The position numbers were made by a program, and so were the translations under genes. Shown piece after piece: positions 54,919-64,000 of a stretch of 64,000 nt of DNA (position 1 is its first letter; each line of letters opens with the position of its first letter). The DNA comes from a virus: positions 85,599 to 149,598 of IMG/VR virus record IMGVR_UViG_3300022752_000022; one strand, written 5' to 3'. The notes beneath the pieces were generated by a model. The model saw only the letters and a program-made list of their open reading frames with translations. It was not told the DNA's origin and searched no databases.

Positions 54919-57900
54919 ATGGCTAACACAAATCCAGGCGGGCTTGATCTAAACAATAGCCCGTACTATGATGATTTTGACGAAGAAAAAAAGTTTGCGA
55001 GAGTTCTTTTTGTTCCTGGTCGTGCTGTTCAGGCCCGTGAATTAACGCAAGCACAAACTTTAAGTCAAAAGCAAGTTGAAAGATTTGCAAATTACTTTTT
55101 CAAGCCGGGATCTATTTTAGATGGTTGTGAACAAAATTTAGATTATTCGATGCCTTATTTGAAACTTCAACAAAATTATGATGGCGATGAAGTAAATGTT
55201 TCTAATTTCTTGTATGGAGAAATTACAGGCGCAAATACGGGCATCAAGGCTTATGTTGGTATTGTCAGTGACATTGAAGATAATGATCCGAAGACGCTAT
55301 TCATAAATTATACGTCTTCGGGATCATATATTCTATCAGTTAATGTCGCATCAACACTTTTAACTGTAGGAAATACAATCACATTTTCTACAGGAAACAC
55401 AGCGGTTATCCGATCATTTTATACTGATCCTATCACATCCAATAGTTATGTTCACATTGGTGAAGTAAATGGTACGCCTAGTGTAACAACTGCAAATACT
55501 ATTCTATCAAGCGGTGCACAGAATACATTTAATATAACTTTAGTGACTGATAAAAGAACTTCATTAGAATTTGAAAATAGTGAATTAGTCTATACTTCAA
55601 ATGTTTATTCTAGGTTTTACGCACTCAGTGCTACAACAAATGCAACAAGATATATTGAAGCAGAAGGCACCGAAAATGAAATTATCTTTACACGAGGTTC
55701 AAAAATAAATGTAGGCGACGGCATCATTTACATCGCAGACCATTTCATAAAAAATTCAAGTCAAACACTTATACTTGACAAGTATACAAATAGACCATCT
55801 TATAAAATTGGTTTAGTTCCAGAAAAATCTTTTGTTGATTATCTAGATGATACATCACTTCTAGACAATGCTGCTGGTACACCAAATTTTCAAGCACCAG
55901 GAGCAGATCGATTAAAAATTGATGTTGTTCTTACAAAAATTCCTTTTGGTACATCAACCGATGAAAATGAATTCGTCAGTTTAATTGAAGTTGAAGATGG
56001 TATTGTAAAGAAAAGAAAAGATATCAGTTTAGAAAGTAAACTTGGTCAAGTTGTGGCAAAAAGAACGTTTGAAGAATCTGGTAATTATACGCTATCGGAT
56101 CCTAAATTAAATATACGTGAGCATCTACTTTTAAATAATAACGGCGGAAGATACGAAGCAGTTGATGGAGGAAATACAAATTTACTTTTGATTGAAGTTG
56201 ATCCATTCACGGCATATGTTTCAGGATTTAGAACTGAATTTATAGTGAAACAAGAAGTTTCTTTAACTAAGGGTCTTGATACACAGTATGTCGAACAAGT
56301 GAGAACTCAAATTAACTCAGGAAGTTACATTGAAGTTAATGAAGTTATGGGTGACTGGGACATCATGGAAGCAACTGAAGTTGATCTGTATAATACGCCA
56401 CAAAAAATTATAACAAGAGGTGCTAATACAAATTCAACTTTACTTGGAACAAAAATTGGAACAGCGAGAGTAAAAGGTGTTGATTGGGTTTCTGGAAATC
56501 CTGGAACATCGAGCGCATCTTTTTATCTTTATCTTACTGATGTTACAATTAATAGTTTAAATACTTTTTCGCAAGTTAGATCAATTTATGATTCCGCTAC
56601 ACCAAAAAGATTTGGTGATATTGTTTTAGATGCAAATGGTAATGCCGTTTTACAAGAACAATCTTTTGGTAAACTCATATTTAATTTACCTTACAGCGCA
56701 ATTAAGACACTTCGAGACACACAAGGTGAATTAGAAACAGGATTCAGATTTAGAAAAGTTTTTAATGTTAACTTTTCTAGTGGCCAAGCTGTCATTTCTT
56801 CAACAGACACTTCAGAAACTTTTGTTGGAACCGGAGCACTATCATCAGCACAAAAAGATGAAAACTATTTTGTTGTCATCACAAATGGCGGCGCAAACGT
56901 TCAATCGTCAACGATTGGTACAGGATCAATTCACATTGGATCAAATACCATTTTGAGTGTTTCAGTTGATCCTAGAACAAGATTCAATATCGGTGATGTT
57001 ATACGAATTGCAAGTGAAAATCATGCCGTCAAAAGTTTACCAAATAGTTCATCAATTGTTTTAAGTACAAGTCACGTTGCTGGAGCAACGACACAAAACA
57101 TAACAAAAATTTTTCCAACTGGAACATTTATTGATCTTTCAGGTAACGGAGGAAACGGATCTACAAGAGGAGTTACTGTTAGTGCTCCAGATTCCGTAAC
57201 TATCAATATTCAAGAATCACACGCATCAACGTTTAGCGCGAAAATTTATGCTACAATGGATCGATCTAACGCTAGAGAGATGCGTAAGATTTTAAATTAT
57301 CAAGCAACAGCAAATGTAAATCCAAGTACACATTCAACAAGTTTAACAGGACCATACGGTTTAGGTCATGCTGATGTTTATAGAATTCATGAAATTTATC
57401 AGTCAAATGATACAACATTCGCAACAGCAGCAAACACAAATACAACATTCAACACAGTAGTTACATCAAATTATATTTTTGATAATGGTCAACGTGATAA
57501 TAGTTATGAACATGCTACAGTCACACCAAAAGTTGGATATAAACCAACTGGCAGATTGTTGATTGTTTATGATCATTTTACACATGATACAACACAAGGT
57601 ATTGGATATCTTTCAGTTGATTCTTATCCAATTAACGATGTAGTATCATCAAACACAACAATTACAACATCAAATATTCCTGTTTATACGAGTACAAAAA
57701 CAGGAGCAATTTATGATTTAAGAAATTGTATAGATTTTAGACCAATCAAAACTGCTAACACATCATTGAATCCTGCTGATACTGGAGTTTATCAAATAGC
57801 ATCCGGTGGTTTACATACACCTCTCGCCGGATCAGATTTCGACGCTGATTTGATTTTTTATAAAGGTCGTGTAGCGAAACTATATCTCAATTCAAAAGGT

Positions 57901-60900
57901 GAACTTGGATTTAATAATGGTTCTCCAGGTTATCCAATTCAGCAAACACCTCCTCCTCTTCCAGACACAATGGAAATTGCTGAATTATTTGTTCCACCTT
58001 ATCCATCAAAGCCAATAATTGTTCCAGTAAAACTTTTGAAAAACAAAAGATATACAATGGCTGACATAGGTAAGATTGAAAGTCGTGTGAATAAACTTGA
58101 ATATTATACAGCACTTAATTTATTAGAACGTCAAGCGTCAGAAAAAGTTGTGATTGATGATACTGGAATTGATAGATTTAAGAACGGTGTCCTTGTTGAT
58201 CCATTCGCAGGTTCTGCTGTTGCAGACGTATCTTCTAGTTTGTATAATGCATCAATAAATCGTAATGAAAGATATGCGACTGCTTACACTTTAAATACAA
58301 ATCAAGTCAAACTCAATTATAACGAAACATCTTCTACCGGCTTAACTAAGCTACCGGGTAGAAAATTATTTTTAAATTATACAACAGAGAATTTTATTTC
58401 TCAAGTATATGCGTCAAACTTTATAAATCTTGCACAAGAATTGACATGGTCTTGGATTGGAGACATGGATGTTTTTCCGCCGTCTGATACATGGCTTTCA
58501 ACAGAAAGAAATCCAGCGCAAGATTTAGTTATTGATACTTCAGCAGACGCAGATAACTGGAGAGCACTTGCGAATGCATGGAACACCGAAGTTGCACCAC
58601 AAAATACTTATTGGATTGGTCAACCTGCGGTAGTTACCTCACAAACAACAAGGGAAAATATAAATTTAGGATCTACTCAAAGTGGCGTCTCATGGCAATA
58701 CGCTGGCGGTAATTGGTGGAATCTTGTTCAAACAACTACTACAACAACTGGAGCAGATGTAGTAACAAGACAAACGACAACAAATAGATCATCAGAATTT
58801 ATAAATGTTGCTGATGTTAGAGTTGGCCAAGCAACATCACAGACAGTTGATCGTGTTATAGATGTTTCAGTTTCTCATGTCATGAGGTCGAGAGATTTTA
58901 TTTTTTATGCAGCGGGAATTAAACCAGGCGCAAGCATGTCAGCATTTTTTGATGAAGAAAATGTAACAACACATTGCAAACAAATTAAACTTATAGGATC
59001 TACAACAATTCAAGAACTTGCTGATTTATGTAATAATAATGGATTTTTGCCAGCAAATGCATTAGGAGTAAAATATTCTATAATATCTAACGGATCATTG
59101 ACTGTAAATGAAAGTAATGATATTTATGGAATATTCAGAGTTCCAGCAAATTCTTTTTATATTGGAACAAGAGAATTTAAATTAACAGATAGTCCAACAA
59201 ATAATCCGTCAAGTACGACAACTTATGCTAGAACATCAATTCAATCTTCAGGATTGACGCAGACTAAAAGTTCTATAACGTATAACACAAGACCATCAAC
59301 AATTTCTTTTGGCAATAAAACCGCAACAGGAAAAACAAGGACAGATAGCGTCACTACAGTTGAAACTTCCAGACAAAGAGTTTCTCAAACAACGACATCA
59401 AGTACGGTGGTTGTCTCACAAGTATATGATCCAGTTGCTCAAAGTTTTTATGTTGATGAAATTACTTATCCAGACGGTGTATTTGTAACATCAATTGATC
59501 TTTATTTTAAAAAGAAATCTTCAAATAACAATTTGAAAGTTTCAGTTGAAATTCGTGAGATGGAAAATGGACTGCCAACAAGAAAAACCATCGGCGGGGA
59601 AATTGTGCGCAAACCTTCCAGTGAAATAACAACTAGCACAACAGCACAAACAGCAACAACATTCACTTTTGCGAATCCTGTATTTTTATTGCCAGGTAAT
59701 GAATATTGTTTTGTGGCAAAACCTGAAGCAAATTCAACAGACTTTGAGATTTGGACCGCTGAACTCGGTCAATTGGATATTACAAACGCAAACTTAAATA
59801 CAAGAATTGACAAAAATAATGCGCTGATAGGCGGTGTTGTATTTACAAGTTCAAATGACAGCACATGGACACCCAGACAAAACATAGATGTAAAATTTAA
59901 TATGAAAATTGCTGTATTTTCTACAACATCATCGGCTACAGCAATTTTTGAAAATGTGCCAATAAATAATAATTTTACGTATAGCGTTATTCAATCTAAT
60001 ATTGAAGATTTAGTTCCATCTCAAACATCAATTAATTATGAAATTAGGACAGCAACACCAACATTTACATTAGATACATACATATCGATTAAAAATTTAG
60101 AACGTGTTCGATTAACATCACAAAAACAAATATCGAACACAGCAAATGAAACTGCATATTCCATTAAGTCGCTTTCAATTAGAGCAACAATGTCAACAAG
60201 AAGTCGATATATTTCACCATATATCGATCTCACTAGAGGCAATGCGATTTTTGAAGATTTTGAAATAAATAATTTTACTTCAAATACAGATATTTCCGGA
60301 ACAGTATTATATACTTCAGGAAGCAATATTGTAACTGGAGTAGGAACAGATTTTGTAAATCAAATTTCTTCTGGTCAATATGTGAAATTTGGAGATGAGC
60401 AGTATAGAATTGCTGGAGATGTTGTTAATGCAACTCACATGGTAATTGTTGGAACGTTTAGTGAAAATAATACAGCAAGTCAAACGATATCAATTCAAAA
60501 CGAAGAAAATCCTGAAGGGCCGTACATATCAGACACGAGATATATATCTAGAAGAGTTGCGCTTAATGACGGCTTTGAAGCGACAGATTTGGTTGTTTTT
60601 GTTGACGTAAACAGACCATCAGGAACAGATATTAAAGTTTACTATAAAATCTTAAATGAAAACGATGCTGACTCGTTTGACAGTAAATTTTATCAAGAAA
60701 TGGACTTAGTTACAACAAAAACATCTAATCAAAATGAATTTTTATATTCCGAAGAAAAGTATGTTGTTCCAACAGAAATAAAAATCGGTGGAAGTAGATT
60801 GTTGAACGGTGATGTTTTAATTTCAACAACAAATAATATTGTTCAAGGTTTCGGTACAACATTTACTGAAGATTTAAGACTTGGTGACACAGTTGCAGTT

Positions 60901-61152
60901 GGCACAGCAAGAGTTCAAAGAGTTGTAACAAATGTTGTGAATAACTCATACATGACTGTTGAAAGTGCATTTACAACAACAGCAAACACTCAAGACATTT
61001 TCAAAGTGTTAAACAATGAAGTTCAATATGAAACTCCTGATGGAAGAATTTTTGAAGGATTTAAATATTATGCAGTTAAAGTTGTATTTTTGTCTAATAA
61101 TAAAGCGTATGCACCAAGAATTAAAAATCTAAGGGCGTTAGCATTAGCATGA
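54919..61152 (+). CDS. Large virion structural protein, VrlC/DUF4815-like
   Basis: PYYDDFD, PGRAVQARELTQ.Q, APGADR.K, RTFEESGNY, RFKNG.LVD.F, DPVAQSF, PRIKNLRALAL. Confidence 0.88.
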   Translation: MANTNPGGLDLNNSPYYDDFDEEKKFARVLFVPGRAVQARELTQAQTLSQKQVERFANYFFKPGSILDGCEQNLDYSMPYLKLQQNYDGDEVNVSNFLYGEITGANTGIKAYVGIVSDIEDNDPKTLFINYTSSGSYILSVNVASTLLTVGNTITFSTGNTAVIRSFYTDPITSNSYVHIGEVNGTPSVTTANTILSSGAQNTFNITLVTDKRTSLEFENSELVYTSNVYSRFYALSATTNATRYIEAEGTENEIIFTRGSKINVGDGIIYIADHFIKNSSQTLILDKYTNRPSYKIGLVPEKSFVDYLDDTSLLDNAAGTPNFQAPGADRLKIDVVLTKIPFGTSTDENEFVSLIEVEDGIVKKRKDISLESKLGQVVAKRTFEESGNYTLSDPKLNIREHLLLNNNGGRYEAVDGGNTNLLLIEVDPFTAYVSGFRTEFIVKQEVSLTKGLDTQYVEQVRTQINSGSYIEVNEVMGDWDIMEATEVDLYNTPQKIITRGANTNSTLLGTKIGTARVKGVDWVSGNPGTSSASFYLYLTDVTINSLNTFSQVRSIYDSATPKRFGDIVLDANGNAVLQEQSFGKLIFNLPYSAIKTLRDTQGELETGFRFRKVFNVNFSSGQAVISSTDTSETFVGTGALSSAQKDENYFVVITNGGANVQSSTIGTGSIHIGSNTILSVSVDPRTRFNIGDVIRIASENHAVKSLPNSSSIVLSTSHVAGATTQNITKIFPTGTFIDLSGNGGNGSTRGVTVSAPDSVTINIQESHASTFSAKIYATMDRSNAREMRKILNYQATANVNPSTHSTSLTGPYGLGHADVYRIHEIYQSNDTTFATAANTNTTFNTVVTSNYIFDNGQRDNSYEHATVTPKVGYKPTGRLLIVYDHFTHDTTQGIGYLSVDSYPINDVVSSNTTITTSNIPVYTSTKTGAIYDLRNCIDFRPIKTANTSLNPADTGVYQIASGGLHTPLAGSDFDADLIFYKGRVAKLYLNSKGELGFNNGSPGYPIQQTPPPLPDTMEIAELFVPPYPSKPIIVPVKLLKNKRYTMADIGKIESRVNKLEYYTALNLLERQASEKVVIDDTGIDRFKNGVLVDPFAGSAVADVSSSLYNASINRNERYATAYTLNTNQVKLNYNETSSTGLTKLPGRKLFLNYTTENFISQVYASNFINLAQELTWSWIGDMDVFPPSDTWLSTERNPAQDLVIDTSADADNWRALANAWNTEVAPQNTYWIGQPAVVTSQTTRENINLGSTQSGVSWQYAGGNWWNLVQTTTTTTGADVVTRQTTTNRSSEFINVADVRVGQATSQTVDRVIDVSVSHVMRSRDFIFYAAGIKPGASMSAFFDEENVTTHCKQIKLIGSTTIQELADLCNNNGFLPANALGVKYSIISNGSLTVNESNDIYGIFRVPANSFYIGTREFKLTDSPTNNPSSTTTYARTSIQSSGLTQTKSSITYNTRPSTISFGNKTATGKTRTDSVTTVETSRQRVSQTTTSSTVVVSQVYDPVAQSFYVDEITYPDGVFVTSIDLYFKKKSSNNNLKVSVEIREMENGLPTRKTIGGEIVRKPSSEITTSTTAQTATTFTFANPVFLLPGNEYCFVAKPEANSTDFEIWTAELGQLDITNANLNTRIDKNNALIGGVVFTSSNDSTWTPRQNIDVKFNMKIAVFSTTSSATAIFENVPINNNFTYSVIQSNIEDLVPSQTSINYEIRTATPTFTLDTYISIKNLERVRLTSQKQISNTANETAYSIKSLSIRATMSTRSRYISPYIDLTRGNAIFEDFEINNFTSNTDISGTVLYTSGSNIVTGVGTDFVNQISSGQYVKFGDEQYRIAGDVVNATHMVIVGTFSENNTASQTISIQNEENPEGPYISDTRYISRRVALNDGFEATDLVVFVDVNRPSGTDIKVYYKILNENDADSFDSKFYQEMDLVTTKTSNQNEFLYSEEKYVVPTEIKIGGSRLLNGDVLISTTNNIVQGFGTTFTEDLRLGDTVAVGTARVQRVVTNVVNNSYMTVESAFTTTANTQDIFKVLNNEVQYETPDGRIFEGFKYYAVKVVFLSNNKAYAPRIKNLRALALA

Positions 61153-61394
61153 AATATCAAACAGAAAAAATACAAATGAAAGAAGTTGTATCCGGTTTAG
61201 GTGAAAGAGATATAAACTCTAAAGCGTTGCTAAATACAGATTATGATTCTTTATTGAAATACAGAATTCAAAGAAGGCGAATGAGTCAAAATAATGGTGA
61301 GATAGATAGTGTTAGAAATGAAGTTGCACAAATGAAATCCGAACTAAAAGAAATTAAAGAATTGTTACTAATCATAACTCAGAGTAAAGAATAA
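61149..61394 (+). CDS. Small coiled-coil protein typically downstream of VrlC-like gene
   Basis: RD.NSKA.LNTD...EIKELL. Confidence 0.75.
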   Translation: MKYQTEKIQMKEVVSGLGERDINSKALLNTDYDSLLKYRIQRRRMSQNNGEIDSVRNEVAQMKSELKEIKELLLIITQSKE

Positions 61395-64000
61395 TGGCAA
61401 TTGCAAATGTAGTTACATCAAATACATTTAACGAATTTAGAATTCGCACTAATGATGTCATTCAAGAGGTAAATAAACTCAGTGATGGAACAGCAGTTCT
61501 AGTCGTTAATACGATTACAGCGAATAGTATTTCTGGTGACGCAGGTCTGCTAAGAATTTCAGCTAACACCGGTTCGGATAATGTTGCGACATCTTCAGAA
61601 ACTTTTGTCATCGGTGGTACAAATGGAATATCCACAAGTGTTGCTACAGGCTCAAATAATTTAATTATAAACTTAAATGATAGCGGCGTAACCGCGAGTG
61701 GTTACGGTAATGCGACTCAAGTTCCTCAGTTTGTTGTTAATAAACAAGGTAGAATTACAAGCGTATCAAATACTACAATTGATATATCAGTATCAGCAAA
61801 TACCGGTACAGATACAATATCTTTAAGCGAAACATTTAGAATAGGTGGAACGAACGGCATATCAACAAGCATTGCTTCAGGCAGTAATAATTTTGTTGTA
61901 AATTTAAATGATAGCGGTGTTACTGCTGGTGTTTATGGGAGCACGACACAAATTCCTCAAATCACGATTAACGCACAGGGTCGTGTAACAAGTTCATCAA
62001 ATGTTAATGTCGCTTCAGTCTCAGATTTCAACTATCACTCTGGAAATTCAAATTTTGAAATTATAACAACTTCAGGCAGTTCATTCACTGCTGGAATTGG
62101 ACAAGATTTAGGAACTTCAGCAAACGTCACGTTTCAAGATTTGACTGTAACCGGAAATGTAACATTTACTGGTAATGTTGTTTCCGTCACAGCGAACAAT
62201 CTTGTTGTTGAAGATAATCTGATTCAGATAGCAAAAAATAATATCACCGATGCTGTAGATGTTGGAATTATAGGCCACTATCAAAGATTATCAGATAGCG
62301 CGAACGTTCATACCGGTGTGTTCAGAGATGCTACAGATGGCGTCTGGAAATTTTTTGAAAATTATCCAATTGAACCGGGCACAAATACAAATATTGATAC
62401 AGCAAATGCTCAATACAGATTGGCGAATCTTACCGCACAAAATATTACATCAAATGGTATATTTTATGGTGTTGGTTCAGGTTTATCGACATTAAATGCT
62501 TCAAATGTTTCTTCAGGAACACTTAATTCAGCAAGACTTCCAACATCAGGAGTTACATCTGGAACATACGGTAGTGCTTCAGCCGTTTCTCAAATTGTTT
62601 TTGATACTTATGGTAGAGCGACATCTGCTGCAAATGTTAGTATATCTATTACATCTGGACAAGTAACGGGTTTAGCAACATCAGCAACAACGGATACAAC
62701 AAACGCTTCTAATATTACAACAGGAACTTTAGCAAATGCTAGAACAACAGCATCAAGTTCAAACGGTGCTTCAACCATTGTTGCTAGAGATGCTTCAGGA
62801 TCTTTTAGTGCTAATCTTATAACTGCTACAACATTTTCTGGTTCTGGAGCAGATTTAACAGCACTCAATGCTTCTAATGTTTCATCAGGAACTTTAGCAA
62901 ATGCTAGAACAACAGCAGCATCAGCAAACGGTGCTTCAACCATTGTTGCTAGAGATGCTTCAGGATCTTTTAGTGCAAATGTCGTTACCGCTTCAGTATT
63001 TTCAGGTTCAGGTATTGATGCTTTAAAAAATATAGATGCTTCTAATGTTGTTAGCGGAACACTTTCAGGTGATCGTGGTGTCACTGCTGGATCTGCTTTA
63101 TCGTCATTCGTTGAATACAATGGCACGACAGCGACATCTGGCCAATTTGATGGTGGAACAACAAATCCATCCGCAACAACAAGACTTAACTATGGTGGAT
63201 ACTTATATGCAACAAGATTCTATGGAGATGGATCTAATTTAACAAGTATTCCTAATTCAGCAACAACAGCAGCATCAGCAAATGGAGCTTCAACCATTGT
63301 TGCTAGAGATGCTTCAGGATCTTTTAGTGCTAATCTTATAACAGCAACAACATTTTCTGGTTCTGGAGCAGCTTTAACATCACTTGATGGATCTCAAGTC
63401 ACAACTGGAACTGTTGCAAATGCTAGAACAACAGCAGCATCAGCAAATGGAGCTTCAACCATTGTTGCTAGAGATGCTTCAGGATCTTTTAGTGCTAATC
63501 TTATAACAGCAACAACATTTTCTGGTTCTGGAGCATCTTTAACAAGTATTCCTAATTCAGCAACAACAGCAGCATCAGCAAATGGAGCTTCAACCATTGT
63601 TGCTAGAGATGCTTCAGGATCTTTTAGTGCTAATCTTATAACAGCAACAACATTTTCTGGTTCTGGAGCAGCTTTAACATCACTTGATGGATCTCAAGTC
63701 ACAACTGGAACTGTTGCAAATGCTAGAACAACAGCAGCATCAGCAAATGGAGCTTCAACCATTGTTGCTAGAGATGCTTCAGGATCTTTTAGTGCTAATC
63801 TTATAACAGCAACAACATTTTCTGGTTCTGGAGCAGCTTTAACATCACTTGATGGATCTCAAGTCACAACTGGAACTGTTGCAAATGCTAGAACAACAGC
63901 AGCATCAGCAAATGGAGCTTCAACCATTGTTGCTAGAGATGCTTCAGGATCTTTTAGTGCTAATCTTATAACAGCAACAACATTTTCTGGTTCTGGAGCA
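61394..64000 (+). CDS. Tail fibre protein (3'-truncated; absent from ORF track)
   Basis: Starts MAIANVVTSNTFNEFRIRTN; GVTAG.YG...IP...VN..GR.T repeats; STIVARDASGSFSA repeats run to the window end. Confidence 0.88.
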   Translation, partial: MAIANVVTSNTFNEFRIRTNDVIQEVNKLSDGTAVLVVNTITANSISGDAGLLRISANTGSDNVATSSETFVIGGTNGISTSVATGSNNLIINLNDSGVTASGYGNATQVPQFVVNKQGRITSVSNTTIDISVSANTGTDTISLSETFRIGGTNGISTSIASGSNNFVVNLNDSGVTAGVYGSTTQIPQITINAQGRVTSSSNVNVASVSDFNYHSGNSNFEIITTSGSSFTAGIGQDLGTSANVTFQDLTVTGNVTFTGNVVSVTANNLVVEDNLIQIAKNNITDAVDVGIIGHYQRLSDSANVHTGVFRDATDGVWKFFENYPIEPGTNTNIDTANAQYRLANLTAQNITSNGIFYGVGSGLSTLNASNVSSGTLNSARLPTSGVTSGTYGSASAVSQIVFDTYGRATSAANVSISITSGQVTGLATSATTDTTNASNITTGTLANARTTASSSNGASTIVARDASGSFSANLITATTFSGSGADLTALNASNVSSGTLANARTTAASANGASTIVARDASGSFSANVVTASVFSGSGIDALKNIDASNVVSGTLSGDRGVTAGSALSSFVEYNGTTATSGQFDGGTTNPSATTRLNYGGYLYATRFYGDGSNLTSIPNSATTAASANGASTIVARDASGSFSANLITATTFSGSGAALTSLDGSQVTTGTVANARTTAASANGASTIVARDASGSFSANLITATTFSGSGASLTSIPNSATTAASANGASTIVARDASGSFSANLITATTFSGSGAALTSLDGSQVTTGTVANARTTAASANGASTIVARDASGSFSANLITATTFSGSGAALTSLDGSQVTTGTVANARTTAASANGASTIVARDASGSFSANLITATTFSGSGA
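62720..64000. repeat. Tail-fibre tandem repeats with a higher-order 300-bp duplication
   Basis: 63241-63540 and 63541-63840 differ at one base; core unit ANGASTIVARDASGSFSAN occurs 7 times. Confidence 0.95.

Noticed and set aside
62608-63597. Minus-strand repetitive ORFs
   Set aside because: Shadows of the plus-strand tail fibre frame that runs off the window.

Overview
This window is part of a large, AT-rich T4-like (myovirus) bacteriophage genome. The tmRNA tag ANDERFALAA points to a betaproteobacterial host, which is an inference. Left to right it contains: (1) a 5'-truncated class III nucleotide cyclase with Sel1-like repeats, RNase H and small early genes. (2) A tRNA cluster (Ile, Asn, Pro, Thr, two Arg-UCU, one chimeric pseudo-Thr) interleaved with unexplained structured RNAs, a metallophosphoesterase and a 2OG-Fe(II) oxygenase. 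(3) A PlcP-like phospholipase plus Agt-like GT4 glycosyltransferase operon preceded by four in-phase Pho-box-like half-sites. (4) A hypervariable early region organised by a TGTTG-N8-CAACA + sigma70 promoter cassette (10 copies of the palindrome across the window), including a five-member shuffled paralog array (MNERI...FAELI...HFG). (5) DenV-like, PD-(D/E)XK nuclease, QueC-like and MazG-like genes, a circularly permuted two-piece tmRNA, and a gmd/C-methyltransferase/glycosyltransferase-like cluster. (6) gp33-gp59-gp32. (7) The tail/baseplate module: tape-measure-like giant protein, holin-like, gp51, 26, 54, 2, 4, 48, 53, 27, 5, PAAR, 25, 6, 7, 8, VrlC-like and a 3'-truncated repetitive tail fibre. 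The strongest candidates for new biology are a PhoB-controlled phage membrane-lipid-remodelling module, the box-shuffled mini-gene array, and small RNAs bounded by a shared terminal stem placed directly after CCA ends. All calls come from reading motifs by eye; no database searches were run.
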